Below are positions 18,857 through 27,494 of a stretch of DNA of 62,028 nt, one piece after another. Source of the stretch: an uncultured Gammaproteobacteria bacterium (lineage in GTDB: Bacteria > Patescibacteriota > Patescibacteriia > Patescibacteriales > UBA12465); the NCBI GenBank assembly GCA_964540285.1, contig CAZILW010000002.1:1-62028 (forward strand), read 5' to 3'. The first letter of the stretch is position 1, and each line of letters opens with the position of its first letter. The position numbers and the translations under genes are program-made. The notes under the pieces were generated by a model. That model searched no databases. It worked only from the letters and a program-made list of their open reading frames with translations, and had not been told where the DNA came from.

Positions 18857-20480
18857 TTTTTTTAAAATAAATTAGAGCTATATCGTCTTCGTATATTTTT
18901 TCGAAATTGTTTTCTAAAAAATATATTAACTCGTTCTTGTTGTTTTTTGTTGGTTTGGCTATCTTTTTGTCTAACCATTTGGTTTTTTTGATTTTTGGTT
19001 TTTCAATAATAAATAACTCTAATTGGTATTCTTTTATTTTTTCTCTGATAATTTGCTCGTCTTTAAAGAAAAGAAGATATTCTTCTAGATAGCTGTGATT
19101 ATTTATTTTGACTTGTGGAAGCCGCCCATCAATAAAAATCTTTTTTTCTGGCCATTGATGAATTAGGTATCCTCCCCAACCATAGGAATTAAAAATTCTA
19201 GCATTATTTATTTCTGTTTGTCCTTTTAAAAACTCTAATGCCTGGCAAGGATATTCTTTACAATAGTAGGTAAAAGGATCTTTTATTATTTTAATATTAA
19301 TAGATAAGAGCAAAAAAACAAATAAAAATAGAAGACTAAAATAAAGCTTAATAAAAGTGTCAGTTATAGTTTTTTCTATTTTTAGATTTTTAATTATTTC
19401 TTTAATTTCGTCATATATAAAAACAGACAAAAAGGGCAGAGAGCTTATAAAAAGCAACGGAAAATGCCTTCTGGATTTTATAGCCATGGCTATAAAAAGA
19501 AAAATTAAAAAAAACTGCCAAAGAGAGTTTATTTCTTTTTTATTTTTATACATTAAAAAAGAAACTAGCAGAGAGGCGATTATAATTCCTATATATAATA
19601 TTTGCCAATAAAGAAAGGGCTCTTGGTATTGAGGAAGCCACTCTCCTATTATTTTAAGATAAGCATTATTTTTATAAGAAGATAAAAAATCAAAAAGTTC
19701 CAATCCGTAAGGATTAATTAGGGTAAAAAGTGAAGAAGTAAAAGCAAAGTATAAAAACATTTTTAATTCTCTTGCTTTTAATTTTTTATTAAAATTAAAA
19801 AAAGAGCTAATCTTGTTTACAAAGAAGTATTTACTTTTTAAATTAAAAATAATTAATTCAGCTATTTTTATTGCTAAATAAAAGTAAAGTATAAAAACGC
19901 CCAGCAAAAAGCCTCCGTGCATGTTTGCCCAGAGCCCAATTATTATAGGCAGTGGTATTAGTTTTTTCCAGGATTTTTTATTATTTTTAAGAGATTCATT
20001 TTCGAATTTGTAAATAATAATTAATTCTAATAACAGAAATAAGACTGTTAATTGTTGCACTCTGACTCCTAGGCTTGGCTGACAAGCGATTAATCCAAGA
20101 AGAAGAATTGGCAAAATAATAATTATTGATTTTTTTTCAAGGGTAAAATTTTTAACAATGAAGTGGTGAGCAGTTCCCAGGATTAAACAAAAAATTAAAG
20201 CGAATAAAGCGCTTAAGAAAAAATAAGAAGAATTGTTATAAATTAAAAAAATAACTGCATCTGACATCCACTCATGATTTACCCAGGTGTTATTCTCTTC
20301 TAAAACATAATTATAGTGATTTATTCTGTTTATTTGCTTGGTTTTAACAACTTCTTCTCCCACTTTCAAGTGCCAACCAAAATCTGGATCTAGGTAGCCC
20401 AATGAATTTTTTAGTAGTAATAAAAAAAATAGCAAATAAAAGGCTATAATAAATATTTGTTTAAAATTAGGTTTTTTCAT
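18846..20480 (-). CDS. large polytopic membrane protein, possible lipid-linked glycosyltransferase (GT-C-like)
   Basis: More than 10 hydrophobic segments plus a soluble C-terminal domain. Translationally coupled with the methyltransferase and GT2 genes. The family is not recognised with certainty. Confidence 0.5.
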   Translation of the reverse strand: MKKPNFKQIFIIAFYLLFFLLLLKNSLGYLDPDFGWHLKVGEEVVKTKQINRINHYNYVLEENNTWVNHEWMSDAVIFLIYNNSSYFFLSALFALIFCLILGTAHHFIVKNFTLEKKSIIIILPILLLGLIACQPSLGVRVQQLTVLFLLLELIIIYKFENESLKNNKKSWKKLIPLPIIIGLWANMHGGFLLGVFILYFYLAIKIAELIIFNLKSKYFFVNKISSFFNFNKKLKARELKMFLYFAFTSSLFTLINPYGLELFDFLSSYKNNAYLKIIGEWLPQYQEPFLYWQILYIGIIIASLLVSFLMYKNKKEINSLWQFFLIFLFIAMAIKSRRHFPLLFISSLPFLSVFIYDEIKEIIKNLKIEKTITDTFIKLYFSLLFLFVFLLLSINIKIIKDPFTYYCKEYPCQALEFLKGQTEINNARIFNSYGWGGYLIHQWPEKKIFIDGRLPQVKINNHSYLEEYLLFFKDEQIIREKIKEYQLELFIIEKPKIKKTKWLDKKIAKPTKNNKNELIYFLENNFEKIYEDDIALIYFKKNGL

Positions 20481-20571
20481 ATCTCTTGTTTAGTATAGCA
20501 AATATTGTTATTTTTTGAAATATATGTTATTATTTTATTGTAAAAATTAAAAACTAGAAAGGTGGTGACTT

Positions 20572-20964
20572 ATGAGAAAAAAAATTATTAGTTTATTATT
20601 AGTTTCTTTATTTGTTTTCCCAATCATTTCTTTGGCTTTGACTAACAACGCTCAAGCATCTAATGACGTTTTTGGTTTAAATTACGTTAAAAATGGCGAC
20701 GAGGGTATAGCTTTAGGTCAAAAAGATCCAAGAGAAATGGCCGCTCAAATTATAAATACAGTTTTAACTTTACTTGGTATCGTAGCTGTAGTTATAGTAT
20801 TGTTAGGAGGTTTCAAATGGATGACTGCTGCTGGTAACGAAGATAAAATTGGTGAAGCTAAAAAATTATTAGGAGCCGGAGTTGTCGGTTTAGTAATCAT
20901 TTTAGCTGCTTGGGGAATCACAACCTTCGTTTTAAATACTTTAATGGACGCGACAAACAACTAG
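20572..20964 (+). CDS. TrbC/VirB2-type pilin-like protein, array copy 1
   Basis: Strong SD AAAGGTGGTGA, signal peptide, TM1, loop WMTAAGNEDKIGEAKKLL, TM2. Confidence 0.7.
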   Translation: MRKKIISLLLVSLFVFPIISLALTNNAQASNDVFGLNYVKNGDEGIALGQKDPREMAAQIINTVLTLLGIVAVVIVLLGGFKWMTAAGNEDKIGEAKKLLGAGVVGLVIILAAWGITTFVLNTLMDATNN

Positions 20965-21087
20965 AATATTTTATTTTAGTTTCTAAACTCGAATTTAGAA
21001 ATTGGCGCCCTATTTTATATAGGCGCCATGCTTTCTGAAATAATTAATTGTTTCAGAAAGCGTGGTGGATTTAGATATTTATTGATT

Positions 21088-21504
21088 ATGAAAAAAATAT
21101 TAGCAATTGTTTTTCTTTTAGCTTCATTTTTTTTGGCTAATTTTTCTTTGGCTACAAATAGTTGGGGACTAGACGATGTTGTAAATAACAAGCCAAAACT
21201 TAAAGAAGCTTTTAGCACTGAAGAGGTTAATAAGGGTAAGCCAGGCTATGAATATATTTTTGCTAGATCGGGTGTTTTAATTGGCTCAATACTTTCTTTT
21301 ATAGCTGTTGTTTTTATGATTTTGATAATTTATTCTGGAATACTGTGGATGACAGCCAGAGGAAATGAACAACAAGTTGAAAAGGCTAAAAATTTAATAA
21401 TTCAAGCTATTATTGGCTTGATTATTGTATTATCGGCTTATGTCATAACTAGTTTTATAGGAAGCGTTTTTAATGGAAGTAACTCAATAGTTTCTTCTGA
21501 GTAG
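21088..21504 (+). CDS. TrbC/VirB2-type pilin-like protein, array copy 2
   Basis: Start moved to the Met giving signal peptide MKKILAIVFLLASFF. Core motif WMTARGNEQQVEKAKNLI flanked by two TM helices. Confidence 0.7.
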   Translation: MKKILAIVFLLASFFLANFSLATNSWGLDDVVNNKPKLKEAFSTEEVNKGKPGYEYIFARSGVLIGSILSFIAVVFMILIIYSGILWMTARGNEQQVEKAKNLIIQAIIGLIIVLSAYVITSFIGSVFNGSNSIVSSE

Positions 21505-21520
21505 TAAAATTAATATATTT

Positions 21521-22243
21521 ATGAAAAAAATACTTTTATTATTCTTATTAACATTTTTTTTTACGATACCTTTTGTTTCTTTCGCTGGGGGTGATTATGG
21601 ACTAACTAAGACTATCGCTAAGGGAAATTTACCTTTGGTTTTTAATGAAGATAAAAGTGATATAGTAGCAAGTGTTGGTGGTGTTGTTGGCATAATACTT
21701 TCTTTTGTCGGACTGCTATTTTTAATTTTAATAGTCTACTCTGGAATAATGTGGATGACTGCTTCTGGTAATGATCAGCAGATTGATAAGTCTAAAAAAA
21801 CTATGATTTGGGCGGTTATTGGAATTGTTTGCATATTTGCATCCTTTGCTGCTGTTCAGTTTATAGGCGAGCAATCTACTAAGCCTGTTTTTGTTGATGA
21901 AACAAACAGTCCCAGCGTAGATGATAATCAATCAGCAAACAATGAGCAAGCCGAACAATTAACTCTTTCTGAGGCTGAGCAAATATATTTAAGTCAGTGT
22001 ATTAAAAATGGAGATTATGTGGAGGCTAATTCTTGGTCTAATGAGTGGAGTGGTTTTAGTGATGATGGAAATATGAATTGGGGTGGAGGGCAGTTTGTTC
22101 AATTTTCTCAAGAACTGTGTTTGTGTTTTATGGGAAAATCTGATGGAAGAAATTGTAAATTGATATTGTGTGAGCATGATTCTGAAATTGACAAACTTTC
22201 AGGCGGAAGCGGCTTTGATTGTGTTAGGCTGTATGGACAATAA
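21521..22243 (+). CDS. TrbC/VirB2-type pilin-like protein with Cys-rich C-terminal extension, array copy 3
   Basis: Core motif WMTASGNDQQIDKSKKTM and two TM helices, followed by a ~110-aa tail with 7 Cys. Confidence 0.7.
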   Translation: MKKILLLFLLTFFFTIPFVSFAGGDYGLTKTIAKGNLPLVFNEDKSDIVASVGGVVGIILSFVGLLFLILIVYSGIMWMTASGNDQQIDKSKKTMIWAVIGIVCIFASFAAVQFIGEQSTKPVFVDETNSPSVDDNQSANNEQAEQLTLSEAEQIYLSQCIKNGDYVEANSWSNEWSGFSDDGNMNWGGGQFVQFSQELCLCFMGKSDGRNCKLILCEHDSEIDKLSGGSGFDCVRLYGQ

Positions 22244-22253
22244 TTTTAATTTT

Positions 22254-22640
22254 ATGAGAAAGATTAGTAAATATATAGTTATTTTTTGTCTAGCCCTTTT
22301 GTTTTTTCCGGGACATGTTTTTTCTTTTGACTTTTCAGCTGATTCCGGTTTAAATTCAGCTGCCAAAAAAACAGGTCATTCCGATTTGAAAATATTTAAA
22401 GATAGTAGTTCAATAGAGTCTTCAGTTGGCTTAATTATACAAACTATAATTTCTTTTATTGGGGTTGTTTTTGTGATTTTACTTGTTTATGGTGGAATTT
22501 TGTGGATGACAGCCAAAGGAAATGATCAACAAGTTGATAAAGCTAAAAAAATAATAGTAGAGTCAATTATTGGTTTGTTTGTTGTGGTTAGTGCTTATGC
22601 TATAAGTATTTTAGTCATTAGCGCTTTTAATTTTCAATAA
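22254..22640 (+). CDS. TrbC/VirB2-type pilin-like protein, array copy 4
   Basis: Start moved to MRKISKYIVIF (signal peptide). Core motif WMTAKGNDQQVDKAKKII. Confidence 0.7.
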   Translation: MRKISKYIVIFCLALLFFPGHVFSFDFSADSGLNSAAKKTGHSDLKIFKDSSSIESSVGLIIQTIISFIGVVFVILLVYGGILWMTAKGNDQQVDKAKKIIVESIIGLFVVVSAYAISILVISAFNFQ

Positions 22641-22650
22641 ATATTTTTTT

Positions 22651-23061
22651 ATGGTTTTTTTTAAAAAAAATAAAATATTTTTTTTATCTTTGTTTCTGTC
22701 CTTGTTTTTATTACCCAGCATTTCTTTTGCTTTTGGCAATTTAAGCGATTCTTTTTCTTCTGGTAGAACAAAGTATTCGGCTCAGAAAATGGGTTTTAAA
22801 TCATATGACAGCGTTCAAACACCAGAAACTGTTGTGGGGGTAATTATTTCGACAATTTTAGGCTTTCTGGGAGTTATTTTTGGTATTTTAATTATTTATG
22901 GAGGGTTTTTATGGATGACTGCTGGTGGAAATGACCAAGAAGTAGATAAGGCCAAAAATATAATTAAAAACGCGGCAATTGGTCTTTTGGTTGTTTTGCT
23001 TTCTTATAGTTTGAGTTGGTTAGTCTTAAATATTTTTGTAAGCTCTGGACCAGAAATTTAA
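22651..23061 (+). CDS. TrbC/VirB2-type pilin-like protein, array copy 5
   Basis: Signal peptide; core motif WMTAGGNDQEVDKAKNII between two TM helices. Confidence 0.7.
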   Translation: MVFFKKNKIFFLSLFLSLFLLPSISFAFGNLSDSFSSGRTKYSAQKMGFKSYDSVQTPETVVGVIISTILGFLGVIFGILIIYGGFLWMTAGGNDQEVDKAKNIIKNAAIGLLVVLLSYSLSWLVLNIFVSSGPEI

Positions 23062-23083
23062 AATTAAAATTTAAATAATAACT

Positions 23084-23476
23084 ATGTTAAAAAAAACTGT
23101 TAAACAATTCTCTTTTATTTTAATTCTAACAGCCATGCTGACCTTACCTTTTTTAGCTTTGGCACAAATAAGCAATTCTAAAATAACTGATCGATTAAAA
23201 AATACAGGAACTTCAGCTGGTTTTTCTTCTGCTGATGAAACAACATTGGCCACAATTATTGGAAGGGTTGTTAATACCGCTCTGTCTTTTTTAGGTATAA
23301 TTTTTATAATACTTATTATTTTGGGTGGTTATCAATGGATGACTGCTGGCGGAAATGAAGATCAAGTCACTCAGGCTAAGGGTCGAATAAAAAATGCGAT
23401 TATTGGTTTAATTGTTGTAATTTCTGCTTGGTCAATTTGGTTACTTATTGATAATTATATTTTAAGAAAGTTATAA
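23084..23476 (+). CDS. TrbC/VirB2-type pilin-like protein, array copy 6
   Basis: Signal peptide; core motif WMTAGGNEDQVTQAKGRI between two TM helices. Confidence 0.7.
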   Translation: MLKKTVKQFSFILILTAMLTLPFLALAQISNSKITDRLKNTGTSAGFSSADETTLATIIGRVVNTALSFLGIIFIILIILGGYQWMTAGGNEDQVTQAKGRIKNAIIGLIVVISAWSIWLLIDNYILRKL

Positions 23477-23486
23477 TTTTGTTTTT

Positions 23487-23930
23487 ATGAAAAAATTTTT
23501 ATTAAAGCTTTTATTTGTTTTTTGTTTCTTTTCTTTTTTATTTCCTTTAAACATTAGCGCACAACAAAACGCTGAAGAAAGTGAGCAGTATATTGGAGGC
23601 ATGAAAAGAAAGATGGACAACCAGACAACAGCCTTTTTTGGAGAGTCTGGTTATTCTGGGGCTAGAGCAGATACAATATTGGGGACTATAATTAAAACTG
23701 TTTTATCTTTATTGGGTATAGTTTTTTTAGTTTTAATGATTTTTAGTGGTTATCAATGGATGACTGCTGGTGGAAATGAAGATCAAGTCACTCAGGCTAA
23801 AAGTCGAATAAAAAATGCGGTTATTGGGGTTATAATTGTTGTTATGGCCTATGCGATTACAGCTTTTGTTTTCAAGAATTTATCTGGAGGGTCAAGTCAA
23901 ATACAAACGACAGACCCTCAAAATCCTTAA
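23487..23930 (+). CDS. TrbC/VirB2-type pilin-like protein, array copy 7
   Basis: Signal peptide; core motif WMTAGGNEDQVTQAKSRI between two TM helices. Confidence 0.7.
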   Translation: MKKFLLKLLFVFCFFSFLFPLNISAQQNAEESEQYIGGMKRKMDNQTTAFFGESGYSGARADTILGTIIKTVLSLLGIVFLVLMIFSGYQWMTAGGNEDQVTQAKSRIKNAVIGVIIVVMAYAITAFVFKNLSGGSSQIQTTDPQNP

Positions 23931-23948
23931 AATTTTTTTATAAAAAAT

Positions 23949-23977
23949 AAAAGCGCTTTTTTAGGGCGCTTTTTTTG
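23949..23977. terminator. bidirectional intrinsic terminator between convergent genes
   Basis: Stem AAAAGCGC/GCGCTTTT with A-run and T-run flanks. Confidence 0.7.
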
Positions 23978-23985
23978 TTTTTTGT

Positions 23986-24705
23986 TTAGCGAGAACCAAC
24001 TACTATATAGTAGCCGACTTTTTCACCATCAAACTCATAATGATTGGTTAGGCTTAAATTAAAGTTTTTTGAGTTTGAAGCCTGAGTTCCATCATTTGAT
24101 GAGGCGATGTAGCTATAATCACCAGGGAGTAGGTTAACGTTAGTTTTTCCATTTCTTCTTACAAAAACAGCTTTTTCTTGACCGGTAAGTCTGTTTTTAA
24201 CAACAACTTGAATATCCTTATATCGGTATTCGTTGGAAATAACTACCTTTACCCCTGCTCCACTTGAGGCGGAGAATTGTGAGCCAAGATTGTCAGCATA
24301 CTTTTCAGTAAAATAAGCGTTTGCGTCTGCTTGTCTTACAGTGGCATAAGCACTTGCTCCTTTGTTTATGTTTGAGGTTTTTCCGGAAAAATTGCCACCG
24401 TGACCTTCAATTTGAACATTGGCACCAGCGATTCTTCTGTGATTAGATTGTTCCTCTTTTTCTGGTTTTTCGCTTCTCAAGGCCTGAGAAACAAGTCTGT
24501 CATACCTTTGATTGATGCTTTTTGTTTCCTTTTTTACAAATTTCTCTTTTTTGCTGGGACTGCTTATTTCATCAGCTCTCTCGTTAAGCATTTCAAGTTC
24601 TGCTTGACGGGATTCGTTAAGATTTTTTACAATCTCAAGGCTGTTTTGTGCAAATACTGACATTGACACAAAAATGGCTGCTAAAAAAATGATTGCTGTT
24701 TTCAT
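23986..24705 (-). CDS. hypothetical secreted protein (239 aa)
   Basis: Signal peptide MKTAIIFLAAIFVSMSVFA, a charged helical N-terminal half and a beta-rich C-terminal half. No family recognised. Confidence 0.6.
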   Translation of the reverse strand: MKTAIIFLAAIFVSMSVFAQNSLEIVKNLNESRQAELEMLNERADEISSPSKKEKFVKKETKSINQRYDRLVSQALRSEKPEKEEQSNHRRIAGANVQIEGHGGNFSGKTSNINKGASAYATVRQADANAYFTEKYADNLGSQFSASSGAGVKVVISNEYRYKDIQVVVKNRLTGQEKAVFVRRNGKTNVNLLPGDYSYIASSNDGTQASNSKNFNLSLTNHYEFDGEKVGYYIVVGSR

Positions 24706-24737
24706 GGTGATTTGTTTTTTTAGTTTAACATTAATTA

Positions 24738-24777
24738 ATATCTAGAAAACTCTTAATAATAAGAATCTTTTAGATAT
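24738..24777 (-). repeat. imperfect 18-bp inverted repeat (long hairpin) in the 5' UTR of 23986..24705
   Basis: ATATCTAGAAAACTCTTA (24738-24755) versus TAAGAATCTTTTAGATAT (24760-24777), 15 of 18 complementary. AT pairs in the flanks extend it. Confidence 0.5.
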
Positions 24778-24821
24778 TAACTAAGTTAAAGCTTTTTTAA
24801 GGAACTATATTCTAACAGATT

Positions 24822-24850
24822 ATTATATCATATTTAAAAATATTTGTCAA
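24822..24850 (-). promoter_or_regulatory. consensus sigma-70-type promoter
   Basis: On the minus strand: TTGACA (24850-24845), 17-bp spacer, TGaTATAAT with the -10 hexamer at 24827-24822. Confidence 0.65.
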
Positions 24851-24898
24851 GACCTGTGATTTTTCTTGTTTTGAGTTTATTTTTTCGTTATATTTTTT

Positions 24899-24931
24899 AA
24901 AATAAAAATGAGGCCTTTAATTTTGGCCCCA
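24899..24931 (-). terminator. probable terminator of ppsA
   Basis: Stem TGAGGCC/GGCCCCA (one mismatch), followed on the minus strand by TTTTTATTTT. Confidence 0.45.
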
Positions 24932-24959
24932 TTTTTTTTATTTGAATTGTTTAGATGTT

Positions 24960-27368
24960 TTAGAATAAGCCGAGAAATCTAGCTTTGGATTTTAATGATT
25001 TTTCCTTAGCATTAACAGCCATGGTTGTTTTGATAATTGAGTCTGGAATTAAGGATATACTGTCTATTCCACACTCAACTAAGAATTCAGCAAACTCAGG
25101 AAAATCACTCGGGGCTTGTCCACAAATGCCAACCTTAGTCTTGGTTTTTTTAGCCACTGAGATTAATTGTCTGATTAATTCTTTTACAGCTTCATTTTTT
25201 TCGTTGGAAACTCCAGCCACCTCCAATGTTCCACCAGAGTCACGATCTATTCCTAATGTTAATTGAGTCAGGTCGTTTGATCCGATTGAAAAACCATCAA
25301 AAATTTTAGCGAATTTTTCAGCCAAAATAATATTAGCCGGAATTTCGGCCATAACATAAACCTCTAGCCCATTTTTTCCTCTCTTTAGACCGTTTTCTTC
25401 CATTATTTTTAGAACTCTTTGACCCTCTTCAACTGTTCGACAGAAAGGAATCATTATTTTTACATTGGTTAAACCAAACTCATCTCTAACTTTTTTCAGA
25501 GCCTGACATTCTAATTTAAAGGCTGGTAAAAATTCTTTTGAGTAATAACGACTAGCCCCCCTCCAACCAATCATTGGATTTGATTCAATTGGTTCATAAT
25601 CTTTTCCACCTATTAAGTTGGCGTATTCATTGGTTTTAAAGTCTGATAAGCGAACAATAACATCTTTTGGATAAAAACCAGCGGCAAGCATTGCTACTCC
25701 TTCTGCTAGTTTGTCAACGAAAAATTTACTTTTATTGCTATATCCTTCGGTTATTTTATCTATTGTATTTTTTAATTTTTTGTCTTTTAGACTTTTGTAA
25801 TTAATTAAAGCCAAAGGATGAGCTTTGATAAAGTTGTTGATAATAAATTCTAGTCTGGCTAAACCAACCCCGTCATTTGGAATGAAAGAATTCATAAAAG
25901 CGGTGTCTGGCTCGGCAATATTCATCATGATTTTAGTTTTTGGTTTGGCCATTTTTCCAATATCAGTTTTCTCTATTTTAAAAGGAAGTTTTCCTTGATA
26001 AACGAAGCCAACTTCACCTTCAGCACAGCTAACTGTTACGGTCTCTCCTCCTTTTAATTTTTTACTGGCATCATTGGTCCCAACAACACAAGGTATTCCC
26101 ATTTCTCTGGAAATGATAGCTGCGTGACAGGTTCTACCTCCTTTGTCTGTGACAATAGCTGAGGCAATTTTCATAATCGGCTCCCAGTCAGGATCAGTCA
26201 TATCAGTTACTAACACTTGTCCAGGTTTAAATTTTTTAATATCTTTAACGCTCATTATTCTGTTTACAACCCCTGACCCAATTTTACTTCCAACACTTTG
26301 CCCCTGGCTTATTATTTTACCTCTTTTTGAGAGTTTGTACCTCTCTAAAATATTGAGATTTTTAGCACTTTCAACTGTTTCTGGTCTAGCCTGAATAATA
26401 TATAATTTTTTGTCTTGTCCGTCATATGCCCATTCAATGTCCATTGGTTTGCCGTAGTGTTTTTCAATGGCCATTCCCCACTCGGCCAATTTAATAACCT
26501 GTTCATCAGTAATTGATTGTTTGGCCTGATCTTTAGGGCTAACAGGTACGTCCTTTACTGGTTTACTGTGATCTTTGCTATAAACCATTTTAATAGCCTT
26601 TTTTCCAATAGTGCGATAAATTATTTTTTTTGTTGGTTTAAAAACAAAAAACTGGTCTGGGTTTACCTTTCCTTGAACTATATTTTCTCCTAAGCCATAA
26701 ATAGAGTGCACTAACACAGCATCTCTAAAACCAGATTCAGTATCAATAGTGAACATAACCCCCGAAGATCCCAAGTCAGAACGAGACATTTTTTGCACTC
26801 CAACAGACAGAGCAATATTAAAGTGATCAAAGCCTTTATCTGTTCTATAGGAAATAGCACGGTTAGTAAATAAAGAAGCTATACATTTTCGAACAGCAAT
26901 TAACAAATCTTCTGGATTGCTAATATTTAAATAAGTTTCTTGTTGACCAGCAAAAGATGCGTCTGGTAAGTCCTCAGCAGTAGCTGAAGACCTAACCGCT
27001 ACATCAACGTTTTCTTTTTTATAAAAATTGGAAAGTTTTTTGTAAGCTTGAGTTATTTCCTGCTCTAAGTCTTTTGGAAGCTCAGTTTTTAAAATTTCTT
27101 GTCGAACCTTTTCGCCACGAACCATTAAGTTTTTTACATTATGAGTGTTTAAATCTTTTAAAATTTCTCTAATTCTGTCCTTTAAACCACTTCTTTCCAT
27201 AAAATAGTTGTAAGCAGCAGATGTCGTAGCAAAACCAAAAGGAACATTAATCCCTTGGCCAGAAAGTTTTTGGTACATCTCTCCCAGGGAAGCATTTTTA
27301 CCGCCAACAGTTGGCACGTCTTTAATCCTTAGTTCATCAAAAAATTTGATAAAAGTTTTTTTAGCCAT
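24960..27368 (-). CDS. ppsA: phosphoenolpyruvate synthase (pyruvate, water dikinase)
   Basis: Phospho-His swivel motif GGRTCHAAIISREMGIPCVVG, N-terminal ATP-grasp and C-terminal PEP-utilising TIM domain. 802 aa. Confidence 0.95.
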   Translation of the reverse strand: MAKKTFIKFFDELRIKDVPTVGGKNASLGEMYQKLSGQGINVPFGFATTSAAYNYFMERSGLKDRIREILKDLNTHNVKNLMVRGEKVRQEILKTELPKDLEQEITQAYKKLSNFYKKENVDVAVRSSATAEDLPDASFAGQQETYLNISNPEDLLIAVRKCIASLFTNRAISYRTDKGFDHFNIALSVGVQKMSRSDLGSSGVMFTIDTESGFRDAVLVHSIYGLGENIVQGKVNPDQFFVFKPTKKIIYRTIGKKAIKMVYSKDHSKPVKDVPVSPKDQAKQSITDEQVIKLAEWGMAIEKHYGKPMDIEWAYDGQDKKLYIIQARPETVESAKNLNILERYKLSKRGKIISQGQSVGSKIGSGVVNRIMSVKDIKKFKPGQVLVTDMTDPDWEPIMKIASAIVTDKGGRTCHAAIISREMGIPCVVGTNDASKKLKGGETVTVSCAEGEVGFVYQGKLPFKIEKTDIGKMAKPKTKIMMNIAEPDTAFMNSFIPNDGVGLARLEFIINNFIKAHPLALINYKSLKDKKLKNTIDKITEGYSNKSKFFVDKLAEGVAMLAAGFYPKDVIVRLSDFKTNEYANLIGGKDYEPIESNPMIGWRGASRYYSKEFLPAFKLECQALKKVRDEFGLTNVKIMIPFCRTVEEGQRVLKIMEENGLKRGKNGLEVYVMAEIPANIILAEKFAKIFDGFSIGSNDLTQLTLGIDRDSGGTLEVAGVSNEKNEAVKELIRQLISVAKKTKTKVGICGQAPSDFPEFAEFLVECGIDSISLIPDSIIKTTMAVNAKEKSLKSKARFLGLF

Positions 27369-27452
27369 AAAATTTTTAAATCAATTATTTTTTTATTTTT
27401 ATATCATTTATTATAACATATTTTATTTTGAAACAAAACTTTTTAAAAGCTC

Positions 27453-27481
27453 TTGAAATTATCTTTTGTTTATATTAATAT
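27453..27481 (+). promoter_or_regulatory. candidate promoter for tRNA-Leu
   Basis: TTGAAA (27453-27458), 17-bp spacer, TAATAT (27476-27481), 13 nt before the tRNA 5' end. Confidence 0.5.
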
Positions 27482-27494
27482 GTCTATATATTTT

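Noticed and set aside
21028-21087. N-terminal extension of pilin copy 2 (and likewise 22170..22253 for copy 4)
   Set aside because: The extensions lack any signal-peptide character. One overlaps the previous gene. The internal Met restores the MKK/MRK plus hydrophobic signal peptide shared by all paralogs.
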